Assembly: GCA_031290135.1 (NCBI GenBank)
Contig: JAITOE010000013.1
Span: 1 to 48,867, forward strand
Origin: Eubacteriales Family XIII. Incertae Sedis bacterium
Lineage (GTDB): Bacteria > Bacillota > Clostridia > Peptostreptococcales > Anaerovoracaceae
Direction: 5' to 3'
DNA length: 48,867 nt
Shown: one piece after another, positions 25,740 through 35,657 of the stretch
Layout of the letters: every line of letters starts with the position of its first letter
Position numbering within the stretch: position 1 is the first letter of the stretch
Program-made: the position numbers and the translations under genes
Notes under the pieces: model-generated
What the model was told of the DNA's origin: nothing
What the model saw: the letters and a program-made list of their open reading frames with translations, nothing else
Databases searched by the model: none

Positions 25740-27830
25740 ATGTTCAAATTTCCGTTCAACTGGCTCGCGGAAGAGAGCGACATAGAAGTGTCCAAAGACG
25801 GCCTCTTGGAATGGCTGGATCTCCAGGGCTTCGAAATCGCTTCCCTTGAAGACTGCGGCGACGACACCTTAATTGAAATAGAAGTAAAAGCGAACCGCCC
25901 CGACATGCTGAGCGTCGCCGGCGTGCTGCGGGAATATTACATCTCGAAATCCATGCCCGCCGCCAAAGAGTTTGACGCGGACCTGAACCTGACGGCGACC
26001 GCCGCGCCCGCGTTTTCCCACGCCATCCGCGTCCTGTCAGACGACGTGCGGCGCTACTGCGCCATTGAAATCAACGGCTTGGACAACAAGGCGCCCACGC
26101 CCCCGCACATAAAGCGGCGGCTTGAAAAACTCGGCGTCCCCAGCATCAACCCGGTGGTGGACGTGAGCAACTACGTGCTGCTGCGCATGGGCCAGCCCAC
26201 CCACATCTTCGACGCAGACAAAGTACGCGGCGCCATCACCATCGGGAATACCGAAGCGGAAACGCATTTTGTGAGCCTTGGCGACACAGACATAACGGTG
26301 CCCGCCGGCGCGCTCCTGATACGGGACGAGGAAGGCCCCATCTGCCTGGCGGGGATCATCGGCGGCCATAAAGCCGAAGTGGACGCGGACACGAAGAACA
26401 TCATCATAGAATCGGCGAATTTCGCCCAGATCGTCGAACGGACCACTTCGAAGAAAACGAAGGTCTCCACGGCGGCGTCCTACCGTTATGAGCGCGGGGT
26501 GGACATGAACCTGAGCCCGGCGGGCGCCCGCGTCGTCGCGGAAATGGTCGCCGGCATCTGCGGGGGCGTCATCCGGCCGGAGATGTTTGACCACAACCCC
26601 AGCCCTTACGTGCCGCAGACACTGGAACTGACAAGGGAACGCACAAACCGGATTTTGGGGAGCGGCCTCAGCTTGGACGAAATCGCCGCGTTCCTTGAAA
26701 AATGCTATTTCAAGACCCGGCAGACGGACGCGGGGACGCTGGTAGCCGAAGTGCCGCATTTCCGGTTAGACGTCGCGCTGGACGTGGACCTGATAGAAGA
26801 AGTGGGGCGCATGTACGGCTACCACAACATTGAGCCGCAGGAAATCAAGCTGCATGTCCCTTATGCGGAAAACCCCGTGCATAAAAACGCCGGGCTGCTG
26901 CGCGACGTCATGGTGGGCAACGGCTTCATAGAGGTGCTGACCTACGGCTTCATCCCGGCGGACGCCATGCGGATCCTGTGCCTGCACGAAAAAAACGACG
27001 GGCTTTACGCCGACATCCACATTCAGAACCCGCTGTCCGGCCAGTACGAACTGATGCGGCCGACGCTGGCGTACAACCTCATCCACACCGCGCTGCGCAA
27101 CCTGTCCATCGGCAGCGGCAGCGTCAAGATCTTCGAGATCGGCAAGACTTTCCGCAGGGATCCGGCCCTGCCCGACGACGACAGCGACGCGTACCCGGAC
27201 CGGAACATGTTCGCCATGCTCTGCTGCGGCGTGAAGCATCCCAAGGGCTTCGGCGTCGGCAAAGACGTGCCCTTCAGCATCTACGACGCGGCGGCGGTGC
27301 TGCATGGGATTTTTGACGAATACAACATAAAATATGACATAAAAAACACGGACGAAATCGGCCTGTTCGAAGAGGGCGCAGGCGCCGAAATTTTCATCGG
27401 GGGGGAACGCGCCGGCGTCATCGGCAAAATCTCCGGCCGGGCCCTTGGAAATTTCGAATACGGGAAATTAGCAAAAGAAGACATGCTGTACCTTGAATTT
27501 TGCTTTGACGGGCTTAGGGCCGCGAAGAAGAGCATCGCGTTCGAAAGCGATTTTCCCGGCATCATGCGGGAGTACAATTTCATTGTCAGAAACGGCGTCG
27601 CTTTTTCGGACTACAAAGCAATCCTGTGCGCGGAAAGCCCTTTTGTGACGAAGGCGGAAGCGGTGGACGTCTATTTCGGGAAAGGGGTTCCGGAGGGAAG
27701 CTCGGCGGTGCTGCTGCGCGTCTGGTACAACGCGGCGGAACGCACGCTTTCGGCGGAGGAAGTCGAACAGATCGAAGACGCGTTTAAAGGAAAGCTGCTC
27801 GAAAAATTCGGAATGGAACTGAAGGCGTGA
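25740..27830 (+). CDS. pheT: Phenylalanine--tRNA ligase beta subunit, short form lacking the N-terminal tRNA-binding OB (B2) domain
   Basis: B3/4, B5 and FDX-ACB-like regions are recognisable (NRPDMLSV.., GIIGG, PYRLDV-like FRLDVALDVDLIEEVGRMYGY). 696 aa. Confidence 0.9.
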   Translation: MFKFPFNWLAEESDIEVSKDGLLEWLDLQGFEIASLEDCGDDTLIEIEVKANRPDMLSVAGVLREYYISKSMPAAKEFDADLNLTATAAPAFSHAIRVLSDDVRRYCAIEINGLDNKAPTPPHIKRRLEKLGVPSINPVVDVSNYVLLRMGQPTHIFDADKVRGAITIGNTEAETHFVSLGDTDITVPAGALLIRDEEGPICLAGIIGGHKAEVDADTKNIIIESANFAQIVERTTSKKTKVSTAASYRYERGVDMNLSPAGARVVAEMVAGICGGVIRPEMFDHNPSPYVPQTLELTRERTNRILGSGLSLDEIAAFLEKCYFKTRQTDAGTLVAEVPHFRLDVALDVDLIEEVGRMYGYHNIEPQEIKLHVPYAENPVHKNAGLLRDVMVGNGFIEVLTYGFIPADAMRILCLHEKNDGLYADIHIQNPLSGQYELMRPTLAYNLIHTALRNLSIGSGSVKIFEIGKTFRRDPALPDDDSDAYPDRNMFAMLCCGVKHPKGFGVGKDVPFSIYDAAAVLHGIFDEYNIKYDIKNTDEIGLFEEGAGAEIFIGGERAGVIGKISGRALGNFEYGKLAKEDMLYLEFCFDGLRAAKKSIAFESDFPGIMREYNFIVRNGVAFSDYKAILCAESPFVTKAEAVDVYFGKGVPEGSSAVLLRVWYNAAERTLSAEEVEQIEDAFKGKLLEKFGMELKA

Positions 27831-27955
27831 CCTCCGGATCTGGGATTTTTTCCCTGAACTGGAGATGAATTCTAATGATCCGTGCCGGTTGGCGGCGGGT
27901 TTAACAAAAAGTTTAACAAAATACTCAAAATTCAACAGAAACTTTGACAAATCTA

Positions 27956-27983
27956 TTGAAATTTTCTCAATTCATGCTACAAT
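27956..27983 (+). promoter_or_regulatory. Extended -10 promoter for hppA (a second TTGACA at 27944 may form a tandem promoter)
   Basis: TTGAAA (27956-27961), 16 bp, TGcTACAAT (-10 at 27978-27983). Confidence 0.5.
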
Positions 27984-28082
27984 TAAACGTGCGTATCGCA
28001 GGAGACAAGGGGTTTCGCCGGGTCTCTGCGTTTCCGTCTTCGTTATTATTTATAAAATTTTAAGGATGAGGAGTGAAAAAGA

Positions 28083-30059
28083 ATGAATCAGTTGTTTTAT
28101 GTAATACCGTTAGTGGGCGTGGTATCGCTGCTGGCGGCGTTCGGGCTCTCTGCGTGGATCAACAAGAACGAGAAGGGAACCGAACGGATGCAGGAGATCT
28201 CACATTTCATACGCGAGGGGGCGATGGCGTTCCTGATGCGGGAATACCGCATCATCGTGATATTCGCCATTGTCTTAGCTATTATTCTATTTTTTGCGAT
28301 TGGCCTGGCGACCGCGCTTTCTTATCTGCTGGGTGCCTGTTTTTCCGTCCTCGCGGGCTTCTTCGGGATGCGCACCGCGACACAGTCCAACGTGCGCACC
28401 GCGGCGGCGGCGCAGTCAAGGGGAATGGGGCACGCGCTCAAGGTGGCGTTTCGCGGTGGCTCGGTCATGGGGCTTTGCGTCGTGGGCCTGGGCGTGCTGG
28501 GGCTTGGCGGCCTGCTGCTGATCCTCGGCTATGAAAACGCGCCGATGCTGACCGGCTTCGGGCTGGGCGCTTCATCCATCGCGCTGTTCGGGCGCGTGGG
28601 CGGCGGCATTTACACGAAGGCCGCGGACGTGGGAGCGGACCTTGTGGGCAAGGTGGAAGCCGGGATCCCGGAGGACGACCCACGCAACCCGGCGGTCATC
28701 GCGGACAACGTGGGCGACAACGTCGGCGACGTGGCGGGCATGGGCTCGGACCTGTTTGAATCCTACGTGGGTTCCATCGTCTCCGCCGCCACGCTGGCCG
28801 TGGCCATGGATGCCGTGCTGTCCCTGCAAGGCGTACTCTTCCCCCTGCTGATCGCCGGCATCGGGATTTTGGGATCCATCATCGCGGTATTCTTAGTCGG
28901 GTCAAAGAACGACGGCAACCCCGGAATGGCCCTGAACATAGGCATGTACATAAACGGCGTCATCGTGCTGGTGGCGGCGTTCTTCCTGAGCCGATGGCTG
29001 CTGGGCGGCATCGGCGCCTTTGTGGCGGTGGCGGTGGGCGTCGTCGTGGGCATCGTCATCGGGATGTTCACGGAACGTTACACCTCTGCGGATTACAAAT
29101 CGGTCAAGGGAATTGCCAGGCAGGCGGAAACGGGCGCCGCGACCACGATTATCGACGGCTTTGCCGTGGGCATGCTCTCAACGGTGGCGCCCATCATCAT
29201 GATAGTCATCGCCATATTGGCGTCCTATAAGGCCTTCGGCCTGTACGGGATCGCGCTGGCGGCCGTGGGCATGCTGTCCACCGCCGGGATCACCATCGCG
29301 GTTGACGCCTACGGCCCCATCGCGGACAACGCGGGCGGGATCGCCGAAATGGCGCACCTGCCGGAGGACGTGCGCGCCATCACGGACAGGCTGGACAGCT
29401 TGGGCAACACCACGGCCGCCATCGGCAAGGGATTTGCCATCGGTTCCGCCGCGCTGACCGCGCTGGCCCTGTTCGTTTCTTACGCGCAGATTGCCAAGCT
29501 CAGTTCCATCGACCTGCTGGATCCTTTCGTGGTCGCGGGCCTGCTGCTGGGCGGCGCGCTGCCGTTCCTGTTCTCGTCGCTGACCATGAAATCCGTCGGC
29601 AAGGCGGCGTTCCAGATGATTGAAGAGGTTCGCCGCCAGTTCCGCGAGGACGCGGGCATCATGGCGGGCACGTCCAACCCGGATTATGCCAAGTGCGTGG
29701 ACATTTCCACCATCGCCGCGCTGAAAGAGATGATCGCGCCGGGCCTGCTGGCCATCATCTGCCCCATCGCGGTGGGGCTGATCCTCGGCCCCGCCGCCCT
29801 GGGCGGACTGCTGGCCGGCGCGCTGGTGGCGGGCGTCCTTTTGGCCATCACCATGGCGAACGCGGGCGGCGCCTGGGACAACGCGAAGAAATACATCGAG
29901 GGAGGGCATCACGGCGGCAAGGGTTCCGAGGCGCACAAAGCCGCAGTCGTCGGGGACACCGTCGGCGACCCGTTCAAAGACACGTCGGGCCCGTCCATCA
30001 ACATCCTGATCAAGCTGATGACCATTGTTTCGGTGGTGTTCCTGCCCTTGTTCCTGTAA
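28083..30059 (+). CDS. hppA: Membrane-integral K+-dependent-type H+/Na+-translocating pyrophosphatase
   Basis: [50 protein letters not shown] (Ala at the K+-dependence position) and [10 protein letters not shown]. Confidence 0.93.
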   Translation: MNQLFYVIPLVGVVSLLAAFGLSAWINKNEKGTERMQEISHFIREGAMAFLMREYRIIVIFAIVLAIILFFAIGLATALSYLLGACFSVLAGFFGMRTATQSNVRTAAAAQSRGMGHALKVAFRGGSVMGLCVVGLGVLGLGGLLLILGYENAPMLTGFGLGASSIALFGRVGGGIYTKAADVGADLVGKVEAGIPEDDPRNPAVIADNVGDNVGDVAGMGSDLFESYVGSIVSAATLAVAMDAVLSLQGVLFPLLIAGIGILGSIIAVFLVGSKNDGNPGMALNIGMYINGVIVLVAAFFLSRWLLGGIGAFVAVAVGVVVGIVIGMFTERYTSADYKSVKGIARQAETGAATTIIDGFAVGMLSTVAPIIMIVIAILASYKAFGLYGIALAAVGMLSTAGITIAVDAYGPIADNAGGIAEMAHLPEDVRAITDRLDSLGNTTAAIGKGFAIGSAALTALALFVSYAQIAKLSSIDLLDPFVVAGLLLGGALPFLFSSLTMKSVGKAAFQMIEEVRRQFREDAGIMAGTSNPDYAKCVDISTIAALKEMIAPGLLAIICPIAVGLILGPAALGGLLAGALVAGVLLAITMANAGGAWDNAKKYIEGGHHGGKGSEAHKAAVVGDTVGDPFKDTSGPSINILIKLMTIVSVVFLPLFL

Positions 30060-30170
30060 AACAAAGGGGAAAACGTCTGTGACCTGCATTCGGGCCAACA
30101 GGGCAACAGGGTTGTTTACGGCAAATTCGAAAACCCGGAAGCGGTTGAAAAAAGGGAGGAGGGTTTATAA

Positions 30171-33100
30171 ATGAACACATACAAGACCAGACAGAGCGGC
30201 ATGTCCCGCGTTTTGGCGTGGGCGCTGACGCTGATGCTCGCGGCGGGCATGTTCGCCGCCGTGCCCCTGACAGCAAGCGCGGCATCCAACGCCGGGACAA
30301 TGCCTGACGGAGACAGCCAAGCGCCGGCCATCCCCTACCTGGACGAGGACGGCGAAGCGCGGGAACGTCCCGCCGCCATTCTCACAGAAGACACGACTGC
30401 TCTTTTCTCAGGCTGGTACGTCGCGCAGGGCGAGCTTGTTTTTCCGGAGCGGCTCACTGTCGTGGGCGATGTGCACATTATCCTCGCTGACGGCTGCCAT
30501 CTGAACGCGGAAAACGGCGGCATTGGTATCAGCAGCACCGGCAACAGTCTTGCTATCTACGCCCAATCTTCCGGAGCGCACATGGGCCGGCTTACCGCAA
30601 TAGCCTCCGGCGACGATGCGGGTATAGGCGATGACGGTAACGGAGTCACAGTCGTCATAAACGGCGGCAATGTCAACGCCGTTGGCCCGGTTGGCGCGGG
30701 TATCGGCGGAGGCTATTTTAAATTTGGCGCGGACATCATCATAAACGGCGGCATCGTCACGGCATCGGGCGGTGCCGGCGATAGCGGCTTGGACGGAAGC
30801 GGAGGTCGGAGTGTCACGCTCAACGGCGGTACGGTCACAGCAATCGGAGGCAGTGCAGGGGCGATTTCATTGGACAGCACTTTCACCATCACCGCGCCCG
30901 ATTATACATACTGGACGAACGGCGCACGGGAAGATCCGGGCGATTCGGGCTTTCACTACCCGGAAGACGGTGACTATCCTTATGCACATGCACATAGGCT
31001 AGGGTTTGTGAAGATAGACATAACACGCTCACTTACCGCCGTCACCGGGACGCTGTACCAATATTCAGGATCCGGCGCAAAGACGCCGCTAAGCAACGTT
31101 TCGCTGAAACTTTATGATAAAAGCCTGTCCTTTCTGGACACGGCGGAAACCGACCAGGACGGGAATTTCTCCTATGCCGGAGACATCGGGACTTTGTCCA
31201 ACCTGTACGTGACAACTGACAACGAGTTTGGACGCCTGATGCTTTCAGGCGAAACCGGGCTGCACACGGGGCAAATGTACCGGCTCATTACCGGGCATAA
31301 CAGCCTTACTTATCTGCCCGGCGGCCAGGACTACACCAACGGCTACCGGATCGCGGGTCACGTCTTGGATTCCGGCGGCAATCCGGTGGCGGGCGCCTCC
31401 ATCTCATATCTTAATGAACTGGCCGCCAGCGGAACCGACGGCAGCTTCTCATTTCTCATAGATGCGGACTGGCTGAAATACCATTCGCCTAGTTTTTCGG
31501 TATCTAAAGACGGATATCAATCCGGATCTTTTTACGCTGACACAATCAGTCCTTCATCCGTCTTCTCCATGCTCCAAAATGGATATATCGACGTAGGAGA
31601 CATCCGGCTGTGGGCGACGGCCACCGACTCGCCATTTACTCTGGGGAGCGTTTCCGTCTGGAAACAGATGGCACAACGCGGCGAATCGGTTCAGGTCACC
31701 GTAAGCTACGGCTCCGACCAGGACATTTCGGATGCCGTGCTGACGGTCAAGCTGCCGGCGGGCGCGTCTTTTGTGTCCGGCAGCGCCAGCAACCCGGCAG
31801 CGGTGGCCGACGGCAATGCCCTGACGCTGGACGAGCCGATTCAGGCGGGTTCTTCCAAGACGCTGCTCTTCTGGGTACGCGCGAATGAGGACTATGCGGG
31901 AAAGGATTTTACCGTCGAGGCCTTCGCAGGGCCGGCCAATGAGCCGGGGCGCTGGCGCATAGGCGGGGGCGTGGTGATTCTCACAGGCATGACGCTCAGC
32001 GTCCCTACGGAACTCAGCCTGGACGACAACGGCGACGCGCTGCCGTTCACCCTGCGTGTTGACGCGCCCACGCTGGACGGATATACCATGCGGATCACGC
32101 TTGCCGACCCGGACGGAGAGCCGGCCGATCTGAACAAAACGGCGGCGCAGCTGTCGCCTACAGGCGCGTTTGGATATTACCAGCTCTCCGGCATCCGGAT
32201 TCTGGATGCCGCCGGGAATCCGGGAATTTACACGGTAACGGCGTCCCTGATAGCTCCTGACGGCGAAACGGCGGACAGCGCCGAGGCGGAAATCTATATC
32301 GCTTCCAACGCGGTCGCAACGACTGCTTTGCGCACCTGGAGCAGCTATTTCGATCTCTCGGCCCCCCGGCCGGTCACGGAGTCCAGTTATGTGGCGGCTT
32401 GCCTGTACGCGGACACGGGCAACCGCAACCGTGATCCTGTCTATGTCCGGGTTGAGGCGGACGGCGTGGGTGATGTGACGGATGCGCGCTTTGTCGCCAT
32501 ATCCACGGCGGGTTTTTTCGTCGCCACATCATCTCAAAGCGTGAGCATTGATGCCAGCGGACATGGTGTATTTGAGGGATATTTCGCACCCGGCAGCATG
32601 GCAGGAACCATCATAAAAGTTGGTTTGCAGCTATCCTGGCAGGGCGCGGGGCTGTCCGCTCCCGGTCCCGGAAGAGACTCCGGCAGCGCGTATTGGGACG
32701 CGCCGAAATACAAGTTCTATTACACTCTTATTCAGGATCCGTCCGGATATGTCTTTGACAGTCAGACAGACGAGCGCGTCCGGGGCGCGACGGCGACCTT
32801 GCAGGCCTTAACCGGCGATGGCCTGTGGGCCGACTGGGACGCGGAAAACTATTACCAGAGCAACCCGCAGACCACCGACGAAGACGGTGCCTACGGCTGG
32901 TTCGTGCCGGAAGGACAATACCGTGTATTGGTCCGGGCGGAGGGATATGAGGATTACAGCACGGACTTGGACGAGGCATACGGCGTCATTGTTGTTTTGC
33001 CCCCGCGTGACGACATCTTTATCGGCCTGAAAGCGATCGCCGACCCCCCGGCCGGCGGCGACCTTGACGGCAACGGGCAAGTCACAGTGGCGGACGCCCT

Positions 33101-33233
33101 GCTCGCGGCGACCGCAGTTCTCGGTTCAGGGAACCTGAGCGACGCCCAGAAGCAGGCGGCCGACATAGACGGCGACGGACACATAACGATGAAGGACGTG
33201 ATTCTCATCGCCAGGAAAGCGGCGGGTTTCTAA
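30171..33233 (+). CDS. Large secreted multidomain protein with a C-terminal type-I-like dockerin
   Basis: Signal peptide ...PLTASAAS. Gly-rich INGG.V.A.GG repeats. Several CarboxypepD_reg-like segments (D.DG.F). The C-terminal duplicated Ca-binding loops are DLDGNGQVTVADAL / DIDGDGHITMKDVI. Confidence 0.8.
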   Translation: MNTYKTRQSGMSRVLAWALTLMLAAGMFAAVPLTASAASNAGTMPDGDSQAPAIPYLDEDGEARERPAAILTEDTTALFSGWYVAQGELVFPERLTVVGDVHIILADGCHLNAENGGIGISSTGNSLAIYAQSSGAHMGRLTAIASGDDAGIGDDGNGVTVVINGGNVNAVGPVGAGIGGGYFKFGADIIINGGIVTASGGAGDSGLDGSGGRSVTLNGGTVTAIGGSAGAISLDSTFTITAPDYTYWTNGAREDPGDSGFHYPEDGDYPYAHAHRLGFVKIDITRSLTAVTGTLYQYSGSGAKTPLSNVSLKLYDKSLSFLDTAETDQDGNFSYAGDIGTLSNLYVTTDNEFGRLMLSGETGLHTGQMYRLITGHNSLTYLPGGQDYTNGYRIAGHVLDSGGNPVAGASISYLNELAASGTDGSFSFLIDADWLKYHSPSFSVSKDGYQSGSFYADTISPSSVFSMLQNGYIDVGDIRLWATATDSPFTLGSVSVWKQMAQRGESVQVTVSYGSDQDISDAVLTVKLPAGASFVSGSASNPAAVADGNALTLDEPIQAGSSKTLLFWVRANEDYAGKDFTVEAFAGPANEPGRWRIGGGVVILTGMTLSVPTELSLDDNGDALPFTLRVDAPTLDGYTMRITLADPDGEPADLNKTAAQLSPTGAFGYYQLSGIRILDAAGNPGIYTVTASLIAPDGETADSAEAEIYIASNAVATTALRTWSSYFDLSAPRPVTESSYVAACLYADTGNRNRDPVYVRVEADGVGDVTDARFVAISTAGFFVATSSQSVSIDASGHGVFEGYFAPGSMAGTIIKVGLQLSWQGAGLSAPGPGRDSGSAYWDAPKYKFYYTLIQDPSGYVFDSQTDERVRGATATLQALTGDGLWADWDAENYYQSNPQTTDEDGAYGWFVPEGQYRVLVRAEGYEDYSTDLDEAYGVIVVLPPRDDIFIGLKAIADPPAGGDLDGNGQVTVADALLAATAVLGSGNLSDAQKQAADIDGDGHITMKDVILIARKAAGF

Positions 33234-33255
33234 CCGCAACGACGTATGATGCACA

Positions 33256-33287
33256 GCGCCCGCCAAAGCTTGGCGGGCGTTCTTTTC
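33256..33287 (+). terminator. Intrinsic terminator after the dockerin protein gene
   Basis: GCGCCCGCCAA-AGC-TTGGCGGGCGT stem (about 10 bp), then TCTTTTCC. Confidence 0.7.
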
Positions 33288-33309
33288 CTCCCCTTTAGGG
33301 GGTTCCGCG

Positions 33310-34045
33310 CGTCCTGTGCGCGGAACATAAAACCACCCGCTATGCGGGTGCGCGACAGATGTTATACAAAAAATCACCTATCTACGGTACAATGGAGTTG
33401 TTCAAGCCTCATTGCGACGAAGGGAAGGTGATTTTATGGCGAACAAGGCAAACAGCCTGGCCCACACGAAATGGATGTGCAAATACCACATAGTCTTCAC
33501 ACCTAAGTATAGACGAAAAATCATTTACAATCAATACAAAAAAAGCATTGGCGAGATACTGCGCCAGCTGTGTTCGTACAAGGGCGTGGAGATCATAGAA
33601 GGGCATCTGATGAAAGACCGCGTGCATATGCTCGTCAGCATACCCCCAAAAATCAGCGTGTCGAGTTTCATGGGGTATCTGAAAGGCAAAAGCGCCCTGA
33701 TGATCTTCGACAAACATGCCAACCTGAAATACAAGTTCGGCAACAGGCATTTTTGGGCGGAGGGATATTACGTAAGCACGGTCGGGCTGAACGAAGCGAC
33801 TGTCGCAAAGTACATCCAGGAGCAGGAGAAACACGACATCGCGCTGGACAAACTTAGCGTCAAAGAGTACGAGGACCCCTTTAAGGGGTAGCGGAGTGAT
33901 ACGGACGCCCCTTTAAGGGCTTGCTAAAGAGGCAAAGGCATTGAGGCTTGAACATAGTGAAAGCCAGCGCCTTTAGACGCTGGCCGGCAACAACGGCTTA
34001 TAGCCGTCGTGCAAACCACCCGTTTGACGGGTGGTCATGATTTTG
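33310..34045 (+). mobile_element. IS200/IS605-family insertion sequence (IS200 group, tnpA only); ends approximate
   Basis: Y1 transposase gene flanked by similar same-strand subterminal hairpins AACCACCCGC-TAT-GCGGGTG (33334-33350) and AACCACCCGT-TTG-ACGGGTG (34017-34033). A 17-bp inverted pair sits at 33399-33415 / 33938-33954. GC is lower than the flanks. Confidence 0.8.
33436..33891 (+). CDS. tnpA: IS200/IS605 family Y1 (HUH) transposase TnpA
   Basis: KYHIVFTPKYRRK..., HMLVSIPP (HuH) and the GYYVSTVG Tyr region. About 151 aa. Confidence 0.92.
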   Translation: MANKANSLAHTKWMCKYHIVFTPKYRRKIIYNQYKKSIGEILRQLCSYKGVEIIEGHLMKDRVHMLVSIPPKISVSSFMGYLKGKSALMIFDKHANLKYKFGNRHFWAEGYYVSTVGLNEATVAKYIQEQEKHDIALDKLSVKEYEDPFKG

Positions 34046-34189
34046 TCATAGCTCCTCGCAACGACAAAGGACGTAGCGGTGTCCCGTAGCGACGGTTCTA
34101 CATACCTACAGATTCATAACAGTAACCTTTCCTCCGTGTTTGCGTTCGCTCCATACGAAATAAAACACGCCAAAAAAAGAATTATTCGC

Positions 34190-34218
34190 TTGACATAATT
34201 ATTAGCCTATGCTAACAT
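34190..34218 (+). promoter_or_regulatory. Promoter of the FTR1-P19 iron uptake operon
   Basis: TTGACA (34190-34195), 17 bp, TGcTAACAT (-10 at 34213-34218). Confidence 0.55.
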
Positions 34219-34244
34219 ATTCGTTGGGTAGCAGCTGCTAACCC
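34202..34244. promoter_or_regulatory. Two iron-box-like palindromes (candidate DtxR-family operators)
   Basis: TTAGCCTATGCTAA (34202-34215) overlaps the spacer and the -10. GGGTAGCAGCTGCTAACCC (34226-34244) lies just downstream. The half-sites resemble the DtxR TTAGGTTAGCCTAACCTAA core. Confidence 0.45.
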
Positions 34245-34270
34245 ATATACATGGAAAGGTAGGGTAGGGT

Positions 34271-35488
34271 ATGCGAAAACGGATTGTGTTGACGACTGTC
34301 CTTTTGTTAGCAATTGCTAACATCTTGGCATCGCCGGTGTTCGCCGCTTATGAGACCTGGGGCCAGGTGGTGGATGAGATGGAAGCGGTTCTGGACGAAT
34401 CCTATGACATCTACCTGTCCGGGGACGCGAAAGCGGGAAAAGCCAAGGTGGATGAAGCCTATTTCGGCTATTATGAAAAACTGGGTTTCGAAAAGACGGT
34501 GATGGCCTATATTTCCGGCGACCGCGCCGCGCAGGTAGAATATGAATTCAGCGCCGCCAAGAAAGCCATGACAAAAGGCGAAAGCGAAAGCGCGCGGGCT
34601 TCGCTCGACAACCTGATCCGCTATCTGCGGGAGGACGCAAACAGCCTGGACGGCAGAAAAGAGAACGCGGCGGGCGTTTTCGCGGCTTCGCTTCTCATCA
34701 TTACCCGCGAGGGCTTTGAAGCCATCCTTGTGGTCGGCGCCATTGTGGCGTATCTCGTGAAGAGCGGCAACAGGCGGCAGACAAAGCCCGTTTACTGGGG
34801 ATCCCTCATAGCCTTGGCCCTCAGCGTCGTCATGGCGTTTGTCCTGAACGCCCTGGCCGGCGCGAACGCGGGCGAGAACCAGGAGCTGATAGAGGGGCTG
34901 ACCATGCTGGTCGCGGTGGCGGTGCTGTTCTATGTGAGCAACTGGATGGTTTCCAAATCGGAAGCCGCCGCCTGGACGAATTACATAGAAGGCATGGTGC
35001 AGGCGTCCATCACGCGCGGAAGCGTATTTTCGCTGGCGTTCGCGGCATTCCTGGCCGTGTTCCGGGAGGGCGCCGAGACCATCCTGTTTTACCAGGCGCT
35101 GCTGGCGGGCACGGACAAATACGCGAACATGGTGTGGCTCGGCCTCGGCATCGGCTGCGTAGTGCTGGTCGTCATCTACGTGCTGATCCGCGTGTTAAGC
35201 TTCCGGCTCCCGCTAAAGCCGTTTTTCCTGGGAACCAGCGTCCTGCTGGCGCTTATGTGCATCACGTTTCTGGGCACGGGCATCAAGGAATTGCAGGAAG
35301 GGAACCTTATCAGCGTCACGGCGTTAACCGCCGCCCCGACCGTGGACATCCTGGGCATATACCCGACCTTGGAAACCCTGATACCGCAGATCATCCTGCT
35401 GATCGTCACGGTCGTCACCTTCATCGTGCAGATGAAGCGGGCGCGGGCGCAGGCGCGCGCCGCCGCCAACGCGGCGGCGAAGCCCTGA
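34271..35488 (+). CDS. FTR1/EfeU-family high-affinity iron permease with N-terminal extracytoplasmic domain
   Basis: Two RExxE motifs (REGFEAIL and REGAETIL) in TM segments; signal-like N-terminus. Confidence 0.88.
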   Translation: MRKRIVLTTVLLLAIANILASPVFAAYETWGQVVDEMEAVLDESYDIYLSGDAKAGKAKVDEAYFGYYEKLGFEKTVMAYISGDRAAQVEYEFSAAKKAMTKGESESARASLDNLIRYLREDANSLDGRKENAAGVFAASLLIITREGFEAILVVGAIVAYLVKSGNRRQTKPVYWGSLIALALSVVMAFVLNALAGANAGENQELIEGLTMLVAVAVLFYVSNWMVSKSEAAAWTNYIEGMVQASITRGSVFSLAFAAFLAVFREGAETILFYQALLAGTDKYANMVWLGLGIGCVVLVVIYVLIRVLSFRLPLKPFFLGTSVLLALMCITFLGTGIKELQEGNLISVTALTAAPTVDILGIYPTLETLIPQIILLIVTVVTFIVQMKRARAQARAAANAAAKP

Positions 35489-35496
35489 GTCCTCGG

Positions 35497-35550
35497 CCGG
35501 GGGACGGGCATAACCCGCCGGCGCGGGGCGGCTGACGCCCGCCCCCGGCA
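35497..35550. repeat. Partial family-2 element (left half)
   Basis: GGACGGGCATAACCCGCCGGCGCGGGGCGGCTGACGCC matches the left half of 40507-40616. A copy of the recurrent motif follows directly at 35554-35583. Confidence 0.6.
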
Positions 35551-35657
35551 GAGGTCCCATGTACCTGAAACTCATAATGGCAGCGAATCAATTATCACAG
35601 GGGCGCCGGTAAAACCGGCGCAATACGAAAAACGTAACACGAAGGAGGAAGAACGAA

